Assembly (NCBI RefSeq): GCF_963921235.1
Contig: NC_086097.1
Span: 143,656,001 to 143,720,000 of the forward strand
Length of the DNA stretch: 64,000 nt
Reading direction: 5' to 3'
Source of the DNA: Mobula hypostoma
Lineage: Eukaryota
In this document: positions 39,060-52,412 of the stretch, one piece after another
Numbering within the stretch: position 1 is the stretch's first letter
How the letters are laid out: each line of letters starts with the position of its first letter
Notes under the pieces: model-generated
Told to the model about the DNA's origin: nothing
Database searches by the model: none
Seen by the model: the letters and a program-made list of their open reading frames with translations, nothing else
Position numbers and translations under genes: made by a program

Positions 39060-39943
39060 GATTTTTATAGAAAGTAGAGAGGCTACAGAAGGATTTTGAC
39101 AGATTAGGAGAATGGGCAATAAACGGCAGATGGAATACGGTGTTGGGAAGTGTATGGTCATGCACTTTGGTAGAAGAAATGAAAGAGTTGACTTTTTTCT
39201 AAATGGAGAGAAAATACATAAAAGACTGAGGTGCAAAGGGACTTGTGAGTTCTTGTGCAGGATTCCCTAAAGGTTAATTTGTAGGTTGAGTCTTTAGTGA
39301 GGAAGGCAAATTCAATGTTAGCATTCTTTTCAAGAGGACTAGTCCATAAAAGCAAGGATGTAATGATGAGACTTTATAAAGCACTGGTATGGTCTCACTT
39401 GGAGTATTGTGAGCAGTTTTGGGCCCCTTATCTTAGAAAGGATGTGCTGAAACTGGAGAGGGTTCAAAGGAGGTTGATTCTAGGGTTGAATGGCTTGTCA
39501 TATGAACGGCGTTTGATGTCTCTGGGTCTTTATTCGCTGGAATTCAGAAGAATGAGGGGTGATCTCATTGAAACCTATCAAATGGTGATAGAGTGGATGT
39601 GGAGAGGATGTTTCCTATAATGGGAGAGTCTAAGACCAGAGGACACAGCTTCAGAATAGAGGGGCATCCTTTTAGAACAGAGATGAGGAGGAATTTCTTT
39701 AGCCAGAAAATGGTGAATCTGTGGAATTCTTTGCTATAGGGAGATATGGGGGCCAAGTCTATTTATATGTATATGTATATTTAAAGCAGAGGTTGATAGA
39801 TTCTTGATTGGTCAGGGCATGAAGGGATATAGGGAGAAGGCAGGAGATTGGGGCTGAGAGGAAAATTGGATCAGCCATAATTAAATGGTGGAGCAGACTC
39901 AATAGGCCAAATGGCCTAATTCTGCTCCTATATCTTATGGTCT
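39060..39943 (+). mobile_element. CR1 LINE 3' region
   Basis: KANSMLAFFSRGLVHKSKDVMMRLYKALVWSHLEYCEQFWAPYLRKD; tail cctaattctgctcctatatcttatggtct. Confidence 0.9.
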
Positions 39944-40884
39944 GTCTTTGTTGAGAGGTGGTCCACATTTTTCATTGTTTTGACATGAATCTTTAGTATT
40001 GGGAAAGAAATGATGCAGAAAGAAGTGATGTTGGTAGAGGGCTTTGGTCTTGGTGAATATTGTGTGCAAGCTCAATCCTCTTGTCTGCTTTATGAACAAG
40101 TAGATGATGCCTTGAAGCTTAGCCTCTGAGCACACACAAACTCATCCAACATATGAACTTCACTACTGAAATCAAGATAAACCTGGTTCTGCAGTACACA
40201 GAATGGAGGTTGAACTGTCATTCCGAAGATCAGCTCCATTCTCACAGGAAGGTTGTTGGAAGTGAGATGCAACATTATGCTTTTTGATATCCATGGCTGC
40301 AATCAACAAAAGGACTCTTATCTGCAAGCCATTGACTATGAACTGTAAAATCTGGGCACAGACTTGCTAAATATACCTCTCATGTAGCTATTTTCCCTTT
40401 CTGCTTGTTCTTCTTGCCTGCTCTTTTTGACTGCTCTTTTATCCCTGTGATTAGTTTTTCCCTCCCTGGTGTTCCTTTAGACACTTTTGCTTTTAGCATG
40501 CTCCTCTGCTTTTCATGAAAAATGCACAAATTGTTGTGGATAATTACACATGCTATCAAAGTGAGACAATTTGACAATCATTGCATGTGATAATATATAA
40601 TAACATATTTGGAAAAGTATAAATGTTAACTAATAATAAATAATAAATGTTTAAATTTTCACTAGAAGAAAACAATCTAAATACAAGAAATGTATGATAG
40701 AACTGCCAACTCGAGAGTGTGGTGTATAATTAAGATGCTTTTAGCCAGTTATTGCTGGGCATAGTCTGAACTAGAACACTTAAGAAATGGTGAAATTATT
40801 GTTCTGGTTCTTTCAATTAGTTTGCCTTCTACTTGGTTACAAGTCTTTCCTCTATTTTGTATTTAACTATTGAAGTTTCCTCTG

Positions 40885-41810
40885 ACAACAGTGCTTAGCC
40901 TGTAGAGTTGCTGCATTACAGTTCCAGTGACAAGTTCACTCCTGCTCTCCAGTTCTTCACAGTCTCTCTGTACGTGGTTGCCAGGGTTTCCTCCAAGTGC
41001 TCTCGTGTCAGCACACATCCTAAAGACATGTCAGCTGGTTGGTTAATTGGTCACTATAAATGGCCCCAGGTGCACCCACTGTAGGTGAGTGATAGAATCT
41101 ATATAAAGTTGATAGAAACATGAGGAGGATAAAATGTGATTAGTGCATAATTAGTCTGACTGGATGCTTGATGGATGGTGGCGATCTGGCGTGCTGAAGG
41201 AACTGTTTGCATGGTATATCTCTATAACCATTGATTTAATGAGTGCTATTTCAATAGTATTGGGACGTGGGACTTGAAACTTGACCAGGTTGGACATTTT
41301 TCTGTTCCCCGGCCAAGTGAAGAGTAAAATCAAAATTCCTAGTGCACATAACTGATAATTCGATGCTTTCACCTGCATGACATGTGTACACATGGGGGAC
41401 AGTGGGTATATAGCAGTGACATTGGCTGTCATACAGTACTCAGCTGAAATTTCTCTTGCAGCATTGGAGCTTAACCAAGGTCTTCTCACCAGATTACTGC
41501 ATGATCACACCAGAAGATTCTTCGGAGGGGATCAGTCATTAGTGCTACTACCTCACGGCTCCAGGGACCTGCGTTCAATTCTGACCTCTGGATTTTATAC
41601 ATTCACCGTGAGACCATATAGGTTTCCTCCACAATCCAAAGACATGCTGTTATGTTGACTGGCCACTGGAAATCATCCTTTAAATTATCCTTGGAAGTGG
41701 CAAAAGAACCAAAATGAGCATGTGCGAGAGAATGTTTTAGGACTGATGGGATTTCTCTGCATGAAGCCGGCCTGTACTCTGCAGGGTGAACAGCTTCATT
41801 CTGCTCAATG
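40885..41810 (+). mobile_element. Two degenerate V-domain SINEs (~40885-41225 and ~41535-41810)
   Basis: gggtttcctccaagtgctc...cacatcctaaagac...ggttaattggtcactataaa; ctcacggctccagggacctgcgttcaatt...cacaatccaaagac. Confidence 0.6.
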
Positions 41811-41824
41811 ATGATTAGGAATTG

Positions 41825-43000
41825 ATTTATTAGTGTCACATAGACCGAAGTTGTGTATGTCGTCCAGACAGATCATTTCACAACATCAGTACGTCGAAGT
41901 GGTACAAAGCAAAACCAGAATGCAGAATACAATGTTACAGTTATACAGAGGAAGTGCACAGTAGGAAGACAATAAGGTACAAGGTAGAATGTGAGGTCAA
42001 GGGTCCATCTAATTGTACAAGATGTCCTTTCAATAGTCTTGTAACAGCAGGATAGAAGCTGTCTTTGAGCCTGGTGGTATTCTCTTTCAGGCTTTTTTGT
42101 AATCTTCTACTCAAAGGGAGAAGACAGAAGAGAGGACGTCCAGGGTGATCTCATTGAAACTCATCAAATGATGAAAGGTCCTGATAGAGTGGATGTGGAG
42201 AGAACGTACTCTATGGTGGTAGAATCTCAGAGCAGAGGACACAGTCTCAGAATAGAGGGCATCCTTTTAGAACAGAGATGAGGAGGAATTTCTTTATCCA
42301 CGGAGTGGTGAATCTGTGGAATTCTTTGCCACAGGCAGCTGTGGAGGCCAAGTCTTTATATATATTTGAGGCAGAGGTTAGTAGATTCTTGACTGGCCAG
42401 GGCATGAAGGGATATAGGAAAAGGCAAGAGACTGAAGCTGAGAGGAAAATTGGATCAGCCATGATGAAATGGTGGAGCAGACTCAATGGGCCAAATGGCC
42501 TAATTCTGCTCCTGTATCTCATGGTCTTATGGGCTAATGGTGTTAAGGAACTGGAGATGAAGCTCAGTGACCTTTGGTTCATACGGGAAACTGAGGAGGT
42601 TACAGATAGGAGCTACAGGGAGGTAGTCACCCCTAAGATGCAGGAGGCAGGTAAACAGGTGACTGTCAGGAGAGGGAAGGGAAATTGGCAGCCAGTACAG
42701 AGTACCCTTGTGGCTGAGGACAGGGCTGCTGGTTTAGAAGCAGAGGCAGTGTGTAGCGATTCCGTCAGGAAGGATAGGCAGATATTAGGGCAAAATTGCA
42801 GTCAGTGGGATTACTTGAAGTGTAACGGGGACAAAATTGAAAAAGGTGAAGGATACAGGACTGAATGCATACCGTATATGGAATAAAGTAGCTGACATTT
42901 ATCACCCTTAGAGATAGGCAGGTATGACGTTGTGGGCATCACTGAGTTGTGGCTGAACGAAAATTATAGCTGGGAGTTAACATCCAAGGATACACAGGTA
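41825..43000. mobile_element. Cluster of LINE fragments: Rex1 3' end (-, ~41825-42140), CR1 3' end (+, ~42145-42532), CR1 5'/endonuclease fragments (+, ~42535-43000)
   Basis: RRNFFIHGVVNLWNSLPQAAVEAKS; YDVVGITELWL endonuclease motif. Confidence 0.75.
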
Positions 43001-43135
43001 GATATTTATGTTTACATATTTACATATTTAAATATTATATATTTCACAACATATGTCAGTGTTACTAAACCTGATTCTGATTCTGAACAAATGCAAAAGT
43101 TCTTCCAATGGGGAGTTTGTGATGCAAGGACTTAC

Positions 43136-43192
43136 TTGTTCCTGAACTGCAGTAGTGCACTCCAAGAGTGACCAATGCACGGAGAATGCCAT
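43136..43192 (-). CDS. Candidate first coding exon of TMIE (unverified)
   Basis: ATG in ctgATGG context, 19 codons (MAFSVHWSLLECTTAVQEQ), then a consensus phase-0 donor CAA|gtaagt compatible with the 37383 acceptor. A plausible acceptor ttgtttgcttcag| lies upstream (exon start 43226). No recognisable homology. Confidence 0.3.
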
Positions 43193-46100
43193 CAGTTTTA
43201 ATGTGCAAAAGAATGAGTCTTAATGTCTGAAGCAAACAAGTTTTCCTGATTATGAACAATCTTAGCAGGCTCTCCATAGCCAACAGCCTTCAGTCACTTA
43301 ACGGTTCACAGAAGGACAGAGGGGCAATGTTTCTAATGCTTTTTATTGTGTCCATTATGTTCTCGACTCCAAAACAATTTTAGAGTGGTTACAGTTCTAC
43401 CTGGGTGAACACAGCAGTAACACATGCATTGAGATAACCCGGTGAGAAACTGATCCTTAAATCTGTTGTTGGCAACACTGGCTGAGGGGAGGAATGTTGG
43501 GCTGCACACAGAACATTTGGCTCTCCTACAAGATGCTTCCTAACCAAAACAGCTGTTACTTCTTCAGTGGGAAGACTTCAGAATGCTGTGAGGGACGGTA
43601 AATTATAAAGAGGGAGAGACAGACAGATAGAGTGACAGACAGAAGGGTGGGGTGGGGAAATCACAAAATGTGAAAAGAGAGGGAATAAGCACCTGGCTCA
43701 TTGAGCCATCTCCACCATTTATCAACTTCATATCTGATGCATCTCAATCACATTGAACAACATCTGTTTTTATGAACCCAGTGACTGAACCTCTGGAGAA
43801 GAATATTCTAAAGGTTTGTTACCTTCTGTGTAAAGAACTGTTGTCTTCATCTCTGCTAAATGTCCTTCTCTTTATTCTGAGACCATGACCATTGGTTCAA
43901 ATCTTGTCAGTCAGGAGTAACATACACCCTGTCAAAAACCATGCAGGAATTTTATAAGGTTCAATGGGAACCCTTCTTATTTATTTGAATTGTAAAACAG
44001 GCCTAGTTTAGACAATCTTTCCATATAAGGCAAACCTGCTGTGCCTTGAACCTGTGTAATAAAACTTTGCTGTACTCCTACTATGGCCTTAGGTTAATTC
44101 TTCCTTAGATCAGGGGATAAAAACTGTGTACAATATTTCAAATACAGTTCCACCAAGACTATATACAAACAAAAAATTCTGCACTTACATCCTCTCATAC
44201 TAAAGACAACTGCACCATTTACCTTCCTAATTATTTGCAATGCCTCTGCCTGCTGGCTTTCGGTGACCTGTATACATCACCCAGGTCCTGCCCAACTGGC
44301 AAAGTTCAATCACTCAACATTAAAAAAATACCTATGCTGTGCATCGGTCCGCACCCCTGCATTCTGTACTGCATGTGCCATGTCTTCAATCACTCACTTA
44401 ACTTATCTTTATCTCTTGATATTTCTTTACACTCTTTTCTCTACCCACAATCCTCAGTGGTTCTGTATTCTCCAGAAACTTGGAAAAATGCCATTTGGTC
44501 TCCTTAGAGAAATTATTGATTTAGACCGTGAAGAGTCGAGGCCTCAGGACTAATTGATGCAGTATCCCACAAGTGTTTTAGACAGATCGCTTTATTTCTA
44601 CTCTTTTGTTCTTGTTCAATTCTCAGCCCAGATCAGAAATCTTCCCCCAGTTTTGGGTGCTCTCTCCTCCTGTGTAGAACTTTATGGGAAATGAGCGTTG
44701 AAAGGGAAAATAAAGGCAGGTGCTAAAGTGCTGTTGAGGGAGAGAGAGAAGGCAGAGGCTGGAGGAGATTAAGAGAGTCAGAGAGGGGAGGAAAAGCATG
44801 GTGGATCTATGATGTGAGGGGACTTAAACAACTGAGGGAGGACAAGAAGATAGCAAGGCGAGGGAGGAAAGTGGAAGGTAGTAATTACTCGCAATATTTT
44901 AAGATTCAAAAGGAAATAGGAAAGGAAAATCAGTAAAACTTTGAACTAAAAAAGACAAAGAAATAAAAACAGAAAATGCTGGAACCCTCAGGGTGACGGC
45001 AGCATTTGTTGAAAGAAGCAGTGTTATTGTTTCAGGTAAAGAACCCTTTGTCTTCATCTCCTGATAAAATTCTCCCAAGCAGAACTTCTTTCTGCCTGAC
45101 CTGCTGACTGTTACAGATTTTCAGCATGGACAGTTTCTTGATAATCATCTCATGGATGAGATTGTTTAAAAATGTTAAACCACATTCAGCCAATGTTCTG
45201 CTCCTGCCACCTATTGGCCAAGAATAGTACTGCGGACTTCTATTACTTTCTTCCCTCCTGAATGCTACCTTATTTAGCTGGGCCACCTCCGTAGAGCCTT
45301 GCCTCCTCCAGCATCCTGTAGTTTGATCAGTTAGTACCCCTTCAGGTGTGGGAGCAGACCTGTACTGCTCCAGGTCAGCTCATACTAAGACAAAATGATA
45401 CTTGTTGTGGAACATGGGGGTTTGAGGTGGACTGAGGATACTGCCTCATTCAAAGAAGTGCGATTGTAGTACTTTGGATTTCTGACAATTCTCCAGGTAG
45501 ACAAGTGTAAGTCTGCAGCTCTGTCCGAAGCCCTCAGGTTGAACCAGAGTTGAGGGCTTCAGATGGAGCTGAAGACATGAGCTCAACGTTTCAGGAACAG
45601 CTTCTTTCCCTCCATCATCAGATTTCTGAACAGCCCATGAACCGAAGAACACTGCCTCACAAATTTTCTCTCCTTTTGCTCTGTTTACTTATTTATTTGT
45701 TTGTTTATTGTTATTAATGTTTCTTACTGTAACTTATCGTCCATGTTATGTATTACACTGTACTGGTGCTGCTAGGTAACAATTTTCACGACAGTGATGA
45801 AAACCTGATCCTGATTCTCTACAACAAAGAAGCAGGTCCCATGACCCTGAGCCCATGCTACGCATCAAGCAACTACTTACACTAATCTCATGTTATTTTT
45901 CTACAATTCCATCAGCTCCGGCTGGATTCCACAACTCACCTATTCATGGAGCATTTTACAGTGAGCAATCAGCCTACCAAACTGCACATCTTTCGGTGTG
46001 GAAGAAACTGGAAAACCCAGTGGCACCCCATGCATTCCTGAGGAGAATGTGCAAACTCCCTACAGGCAATGGTGGTCAGGATTGAACTTACTCGCTGGAG

Positions 46101-46224
46101 TTGTGAGACTGTAGCTCTGCTAGCTCGGCTACCATGCAGCCCTGAAAAACAGGATTCATGCAAGAGAGGACCTTTGCTTTTACATTTAGTAATGCATTTA
46201 AAAATTAGCTTAGTAACTATCAAA

Positions 46225-46820
46225 CACGTAAATACCATGGCAAAGAAAGCTCATTGATGCCTCTGCTTCCTCAGGAGACTAACAAAATTTGGCATTCCCT
46301 GTTGACCCTTACCAATTTTTATTAACAGAATTTTACAGAAAGCATCCTATCTGGATACGTAACTGCAGAGAGTTATTCACACAGCTTAGCACATCACATA
46401 AACCAGCCTCCCCTCTGTGGGCTCGCTCTATACTTCCCACTGTAAAGCAGCTAGCATAATGAAAGATCCATTTGCCCTGGATATCCTCCTCTCCTGTCCT
46501 CTCCTCTCCCACTAGGCAGAAGATACACAAACCCTGTGAGGGCACATACCACAGGCTCAAGGAAAGCTTCTACACCACTGTTATAAAACTATTGAATGCT
46601 TGGCTAGCATGATAAGATGGACTCTTGATTATTATGATCTTGTATCTTGTTGTTTACTTGCACAGCAGTTTCTCTGTAACACTTTATTTTGCACTCTGTT
46701 ATTGTTTTAGCCTGTACTCCCTCAAACCACTGTGTAATGATTTCATCTGTATGAACAGTATGCGAGACAGGTTTTTACTGCTATCTTGGTATATATTACA
46801 GTAACAAACTCATTCCAACT
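46225..46820 (+). mobile_element. Old Rex1/Babar 3' fragment
   Basis: aagaaagctcattgatgcctctgcttcctcaggagactaacaaaatttggca; accacaggctcaaggaaagcttctac. Confidence 0.65.
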
Positions 46821-48927
46821 CCAATCCATTAGCAATTGTCACCTGGGCCACTTTCAGAGCTATGTGAGGATACACTTAGTCAGCCCTACTTAAGTCTTAG
46901 TCTCCCTTACTAGTAAGTGCCAGGAATTTGGTATTTGTTTCAGAGGCAGGGCCTGGACTTCTGTTCTTCAGATGTAGCTGGCAGAACATTTTTCATGTCC
47001 TCACACAGTTTATAAAATGGTCATAGCATCAATGGATTCCTTAGGCAAAGTGTGATTTTTTTTCCCTTTCAGGCAGGTCATATCAGACCATAGCTGACGT
47101 GGATATTTGCACTTTCCATGATAAAAAAATCTCTTCATGTCACAGTCAGAGCAAACTAATAAAGGAGATCAGTACAGGAAGTTTTAGAACGGCTTATCAA
47201 TGGGTTATGTTCCACTTGTAATAACAATATTTAAGCTTATCTGGATTTAGATTATCACTACATAATCTTGAAGCTGCAAAGTTGTTGTAGAGGTAGATGC
47301 TTTCATTTAACTGTGGCTTATATCTGTTTCCTGATGGACTCTATGAAACGATGCAAGTGAAAAAGGGAGAGGTGTATGGTGCAGTGGGAGTCCAGGCACT
47401 CCCAGTTGTGGACAATTCAGAGCCCTACTGCAGACTTGAGCACAAACTCTATTCTGATGTAAGTGCAGTGATGAATGGCTGATTTACCCACTGTCAGACG
47501 AGATGATAAGCCTTGATCTCACAGCTGGCTGTCATAATCTCAGGTTCAAAGTTCAAAGTTGAATTGTCATTCAACCATACATGAATACCCATGAACACAG
47601 TCAAACGAAACAGTGCTACTCCAAGGCCAAGCTCCAAAACATGTACCAACATGCATACACAGCACGAGGCACATAGAGCACTCACAGGATAATATTACCT
47701 TCTGGCATTGTTTCAAGAAAAGCAGGATATTCCCTTTGTACCCTTCTACAACATTGTCCCTCAGCTAGATTCACTTACACTGATGGTTTGCCCCTTTGAT
47801 TCATTCGTGTTTTGCACCCTGCACTTTATGAGTGATTACAATTCAAAGATACAAAATCAATGATGAAGGATTTGGAGAAATCTTTAGGTGAAAAGTGCTA
47901 TATAAAGAGGATCTAGAAATTTGATAGGAATCTGATAGGAGAGGAGAGTGGCCAGGTGGGTAGAAAAGGTAAAGGGCTGGAGAGGAAGGACCCTCAGATC
48001 AGTCACTGATTAAGTTGATGGTAAGCAGCTAAGTGGCTGAGCAAGAGCTCTTCTTTGCTGTTCTCTCTGATGGGAACACATCCAGCTTACTAACAAACTC
48101 TCTTCATGTCCATCAACACTGGATTTGTCATGTAGGGAAGAAGTACTTAGAGCATTTAATGAAATATACCCAAAGTCAAAGAAAATTAAATAAGAATAAA
48201 GGGCAAACCTTCCACTCTCTAGTATTTATTTGCCCTGAATCCTACTAATAAATGACAGTGTTGACCTTTGTCATTTCCATATTGCTTTCACTTCCAATTA
48301 ACCATCGTTCATGGCAATGCAGCTATGGGATATAGTTAAGATTTTTTTTAATTAATTCCTCAAATTAGAACGACATTGTCAATTAATCTATCTGAATTAC
48401 CTCTCTAATTTCTGAACTACATTCCAGACTAAGGTGATATTTTCTGAAAGTGCATATTTTTACAAGTTAAATGACAGCACTCAATTCTATCATATGCCAT
48501 CTCCCTGCCAAGTCTTGGGTTTCCACTCTTGTTCATGTTGTTACCCCTTTGTGCAGGTAAATAGAAATTTAATGGGAGCTGAGAGAGAAAGAGTCCCAGG
48601 GGGACAGGGAAATAAAGAGGGAATGGAAATGGGATTATTCTGCTGGCGGTCTGTATGGACCTAATCAGGTCAATGGACCCTCTGTGTATCTTAAAAAATA
48701 AGTAAATTGAAGGTGACATTATGTGAGCAAAAATTTACATATTAGGAGGAGGGTGCCATTATCTTTGATCCCTTGATATTATGTTAGATAAGGTCAAAGC
48801 TTGTGATTCAGTTGCATTTTGGTTAGAGCTTTGGTTAAGTTACTTTGATTGACAGTTATGCTTAGAGAAAGGATAAGGCCTGTGTTGAGTTTAAGAGCAG
48901 TGTTATATAGCTAAAGCTAGATTAAAA

Positions 48928-49345
48928 GACCATAAGACATAGGAGCAGAATTAGGTCATTCAGGCAAGCGAGTCCTGGCTGATATATTAACCCTCTCAAC
49001 CTCACTCTCCATAACCTTTGACACACTTAAAAAATCAAAAAAACTATCTGTCTCCGCTTAAAATTTATCCAATGACTTGGCCTCCACAGGCATCTGAGTT
49101 CCACAGATTCACCACCCTCTAACAAAAAAGAATTTTCATCTCTGTTATCAAGGGATGCTCTTGTATACTGAGGCTGTACTATCTGGTCCTAGATTTCCCT
49201 CGGTATAGGAAACATCCTCTCCACAGCCACTCCATCCAGGCTTTTCAGTATAAGGCTTCAATGAGATTCCCCCCGATTCTTTTAAAGTCTAGCGAGCACA
49301 GGCCCAGAGTCATCAGATGCTCCTCAAATGTTAACCCTTTCATTT
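48928..49345 (-). mobile_element. CR1 3' fragment
   Basis: Starts gaccataagacataggagcagaattagg on +; colinear with 25200-25640. Confidence 0.8.
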
Positions 49346-50337
49346 ACAGTATTATTTATGGATGGTGTTTGAGCTGTGCCTAGGCACTCAGTCATGGGTG
49401 TAGAGACAGTAGACCAGTGGGCTAAGCATTCTTCCTGGAGCTCTGTCAGTGTTGATTGTCAGCGAGGAGGAAATGTTATTTCTGATTCACATAGACTGTT
49501 GCCTCTCGATGAGGAATTCAAGGATCCACTTGCGGAGGGAGGTACAAAGGTTCAGGATTAGGAGCTTGTTGATTAGTACTGAGGGTGTGATGGTGTTAAA
49601 TGCTGAGCTGTAATCAATAAATAGAACCCTGACTTAGGTATTGCTATAGACCCTGTGGTCCAAGAGCAAGTGGAGAGCCAGTGAGATTGCATCTGCTGAA
49701 TACCTATTGTGACAATAGGCAAATTCCAGCAGGTCCAGGTCCTTGCTTAGGCAGGAGTTGATCCTGGTTTCGATGAACCTCTGAAAGCACTTCCTCACTG
49801 TAGATGTGAACGCAACTGGGCGATAGTCACTGAGGCAGCTCACTCTATTTTTCTTGAGCACTGGTATGATTGTTGCCCTTTTGAAGCAGATGGGAACCTT
49901 TGACTGCAGCAGTGAGAGACTGAAGGTGTCCTTGAACACTCCCACCAGATGTCATAAGGTGGTGGCTGGGAACGGATCCCAGTTCAAGACACAGACACTG
50001 AAGTACTAGGGACAGGACTAGGATACAGGGTGAGAGCTAGAACATGGACACGAAAACTGGGAGCACAGAACAGGACTGCACAAGAGAGCTAGGAGCCAGG
50101 GCTTGGACTCCGAGCCGGAGACTGGACAAGGACCCAGACTGGGTCTTACCTTTGGCTCAGACCCCAGAACTAGGCAAGGACGTGACTTGGCTGGCAGGCA
50201 GGACAAGGCTGGAGTCTTCAGGCTTGAGACTTGAGGTGAGGCTTGAGACTTGAGGCGAGACTGGAGACCTGAGATTAGAAGCTTGAGGCTAGAGGCTTGA
50301 GGCTTGGGGTCTTGAAGCTTGGCTTGGGGCGAGGCTT

Positions 50338-50615
50338 GAGACCAGAGACTTGAGGCGAGGCCCGAGACCAGAGACTTGATGCGAGGCCCGAGACCAGAGG
50401 CTTGAGGCGAGGCCCGAGACCAGAGGCTTGAGGCGAGGCTCGAGACCAGAGACTTGAGGCGAGGCCCGAGACCAGAGGCTTGAGGCGAGGCCTGAGACCA
50501 GAGACTTGAGGCGAGGCTCGAGACCAGAGACTTGAGGCGAGGCCCGAGACGAAAGGCTTGAGGCGAGGCCCGAGACCAGAGGCTTGAGGCGAGGCCCGAG
50601 ACCAGAGGCTTGAGG
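50338..50615. repeat. 26-bp minisatellite, ~10.5 copies
   Basis: Unit GAGACCAGAGGCTTGAGGCGAGGCCC. Confidence 0.95.
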
Positions 50616-50744
50616 CTTGGGGTTTTGAAGCTTGGCTTGGGGCGAGGCTCAAGGCTTGGGGTCTTGAAGCTCCTCTTGGGCAGGGCGCGGTACTCCTGGG
50701 CAGGGCGCAGATCCCCTGGGCAGGGCGCGGTACTCCACCCGACA

Positions 50745-50970
50745 GAGGCAAGGGACAGGAAGGGATAGAACCTACCGTAGGGTAACGGCAAGACGGCCTG
50801 GCTTACCAGACGGAGGCAAGGGACAGGAAGGGACAGAACCAATCGTAGGGTAATGGCAAGACAGCCTTGCTTACCCAATGGAGGCAAGGGACAGGAAGGG
50901 ACAGAACCAACCGCAGGGTAATGGCAAGATGGCCTGACTTATCCGGTGGAGGCAAGGGACAGGAAGGGAG
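50745..50970. repeat. 68-bp tandem repeat, ~3.3 copies
   Basis: gaggcaagggacaggaaggga starts at 50745, 50813, 50881 and 50949. Confidence 0.95.
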
Positions 50971-51889
50971 CTAGGTACAGGGTGGCTCCAGGACAAGACT
51001 TCAGGCAAGACGAGGTGAGAGTTACCAGCAAGCCAAGGCAAGGCTTCAGGCAATGCAAGGTGAGACAAGAACTTCAGGCGAGGTGAGAGTTGCTGGCAAG
51101 ACAAGGCAAGGCTTCAGGCGAGGAAACAGAAAGCAGGGGAAGGGATACAAGGAGTATGGACAAGAACAATCCAGCAGCCATGCCCTGGTCTCTGGAGGTA
51201 TTTATGCAGCCAGCCCCAATGAGAATCAGCTGCCTCAGTTAGCGATCAACAGGAACAGAAACAGGGTAGTCAGGAAAACCTGGAGCAAGGGCTAATGGAC
51301 CGGACTGTGAACTGGAATGAGGACTTCACGGACCGGACTATGATACCAGATGGTTGGCACAGATTTTCAGTGCCCTACCAGGTATAGCACTGGAGCCTGA
51401 TGCCTTGCGAAGATTCACTGCAATCTTCTGCAAACAGAAACCAAAATATTTTGGCTAAAGCTATTATAATTTTTTGTTTAATTCTTGTCATAAAGAACAG
51501 AAGTAGGGATAGATGACGTGACCTTCAAGTGCTCTGACATTCAATGAGGTTGTGGTTGATCTTCTGCCTTACATAATTTCTTGACCTATCTCCACAATCT
51601 CTGAATCATCTAGTATTCAGAAGTCTTTCAATCTTCTTGAGAATGCAATAATTGATTGAGACTCCACAATTTCCTGGGGAAGAAGTTCAGAGATTCATCA
51701 ATTCTGAATGGAAATGCTTCCCTTCATCTCATTCCAAATCTGAGACAATTGCTGCTAGACTCTCAGCCAGGAGAAAGATTCTTTTTATAACTACCTTATT
51801 GTGACCACCAAGAATTGGATATGCTTCAATGAGGTTGGCTGCCAGTGCTCAAAACTCCGAAGAATATAAGCCATACCATAAAAAAAGCA

Positions 51890-52412
51890 TAAGATATAGG
51901 GGCAGAATTAGGCCATTTGGCCCATCAACTCCATTCCACCATTTCATCCTGGTCGATCCTATTTTCCTCTCAGCCCCAATATCCTGCCATCTCCCTGTAT
52001 CCCTTCATGCCCTGACCAATCAAGTATCTATCAGCCTCTGCCTTAAATATACATAAAGACTAGGCCTCCACAGCTGTCTGTGGCAAAGAGTTACACAGAT
52101 CCACCATTCTGCGGCTAAAGAAATTCCTCCACATCTCTGTTATAAAAGAGGCATCTCTATTCAGAGGTTGCATCCTCTCATCTTGGACTCTTCTACCTTA
52201 GGAGACATCCTCTCCACATTCACTCTATCAAGGCCTTTCACCATTCGACAGATTTCAATGAGGTCACCCCTCATTCTTCTGAATTCCAATGAATACAGGC
52301 CCAGAGACATCAAACGCTTTTCATATGACAAGCCATTCAATCCTGGAATCATTTTTGTGAACCTCCTTTGAAACATCTCCACTTTCAGCACATCCTTTCT
52401 AAGATAAGGGCT
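51890..52412 (-). mobile_element. CR1 3' region
   Basis: QRRFTKMIPGLNGLSYEKRLMSLGLYSLEFRRMRGDLIE. Confidence 0.9.

Larger units (their letters stand above)
49950..51345 (-). mobile_element. Solo LTR (1396 bp, Gypsy-like) with internal tandem arrays
   Basis: Termini TGTCATA...TATGATA (6/7 inverted); 5-bp TSD CCAGA (49945-49949 and 51346-51350); orientation inferred from a minus-strand ATAAATA near 51200. Confidence 0.85.
49350..51420 (-). mobile_element. Rex1/Babar RT fragment split by a solo LTR
   Basis: PGRALKICANHLVGVFKDTFSLSLLQSKVPICFKRATIIPVLKK...LSDYRPVAFTS reads through once 49950-51350 is removed. Confidence 0.88.

Noticed and set aside
40380..40510. Lys-rich ORF end (...KEQSKRAGKKNKQKGKIAT*) as the TMIE last exon
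   Set aside because: It lies upstream of the TM exon, I saw no phase-1 acceptor at its start in that frame, and purine-rich DNA gives such peptides by chance.
42278..42886. 202-aa ORF
   Set aside because: Chance read-through across a CR1 3' end, its UTR and unrelated CR1 5' fragments.
50018..50887. 289-aa and 158-aa ORFs as a novel protein
   Set aside because: They arise from a stop-free 26-bp repeat inside a solo LTR; the 26-aa periodicity equals three DNA units.
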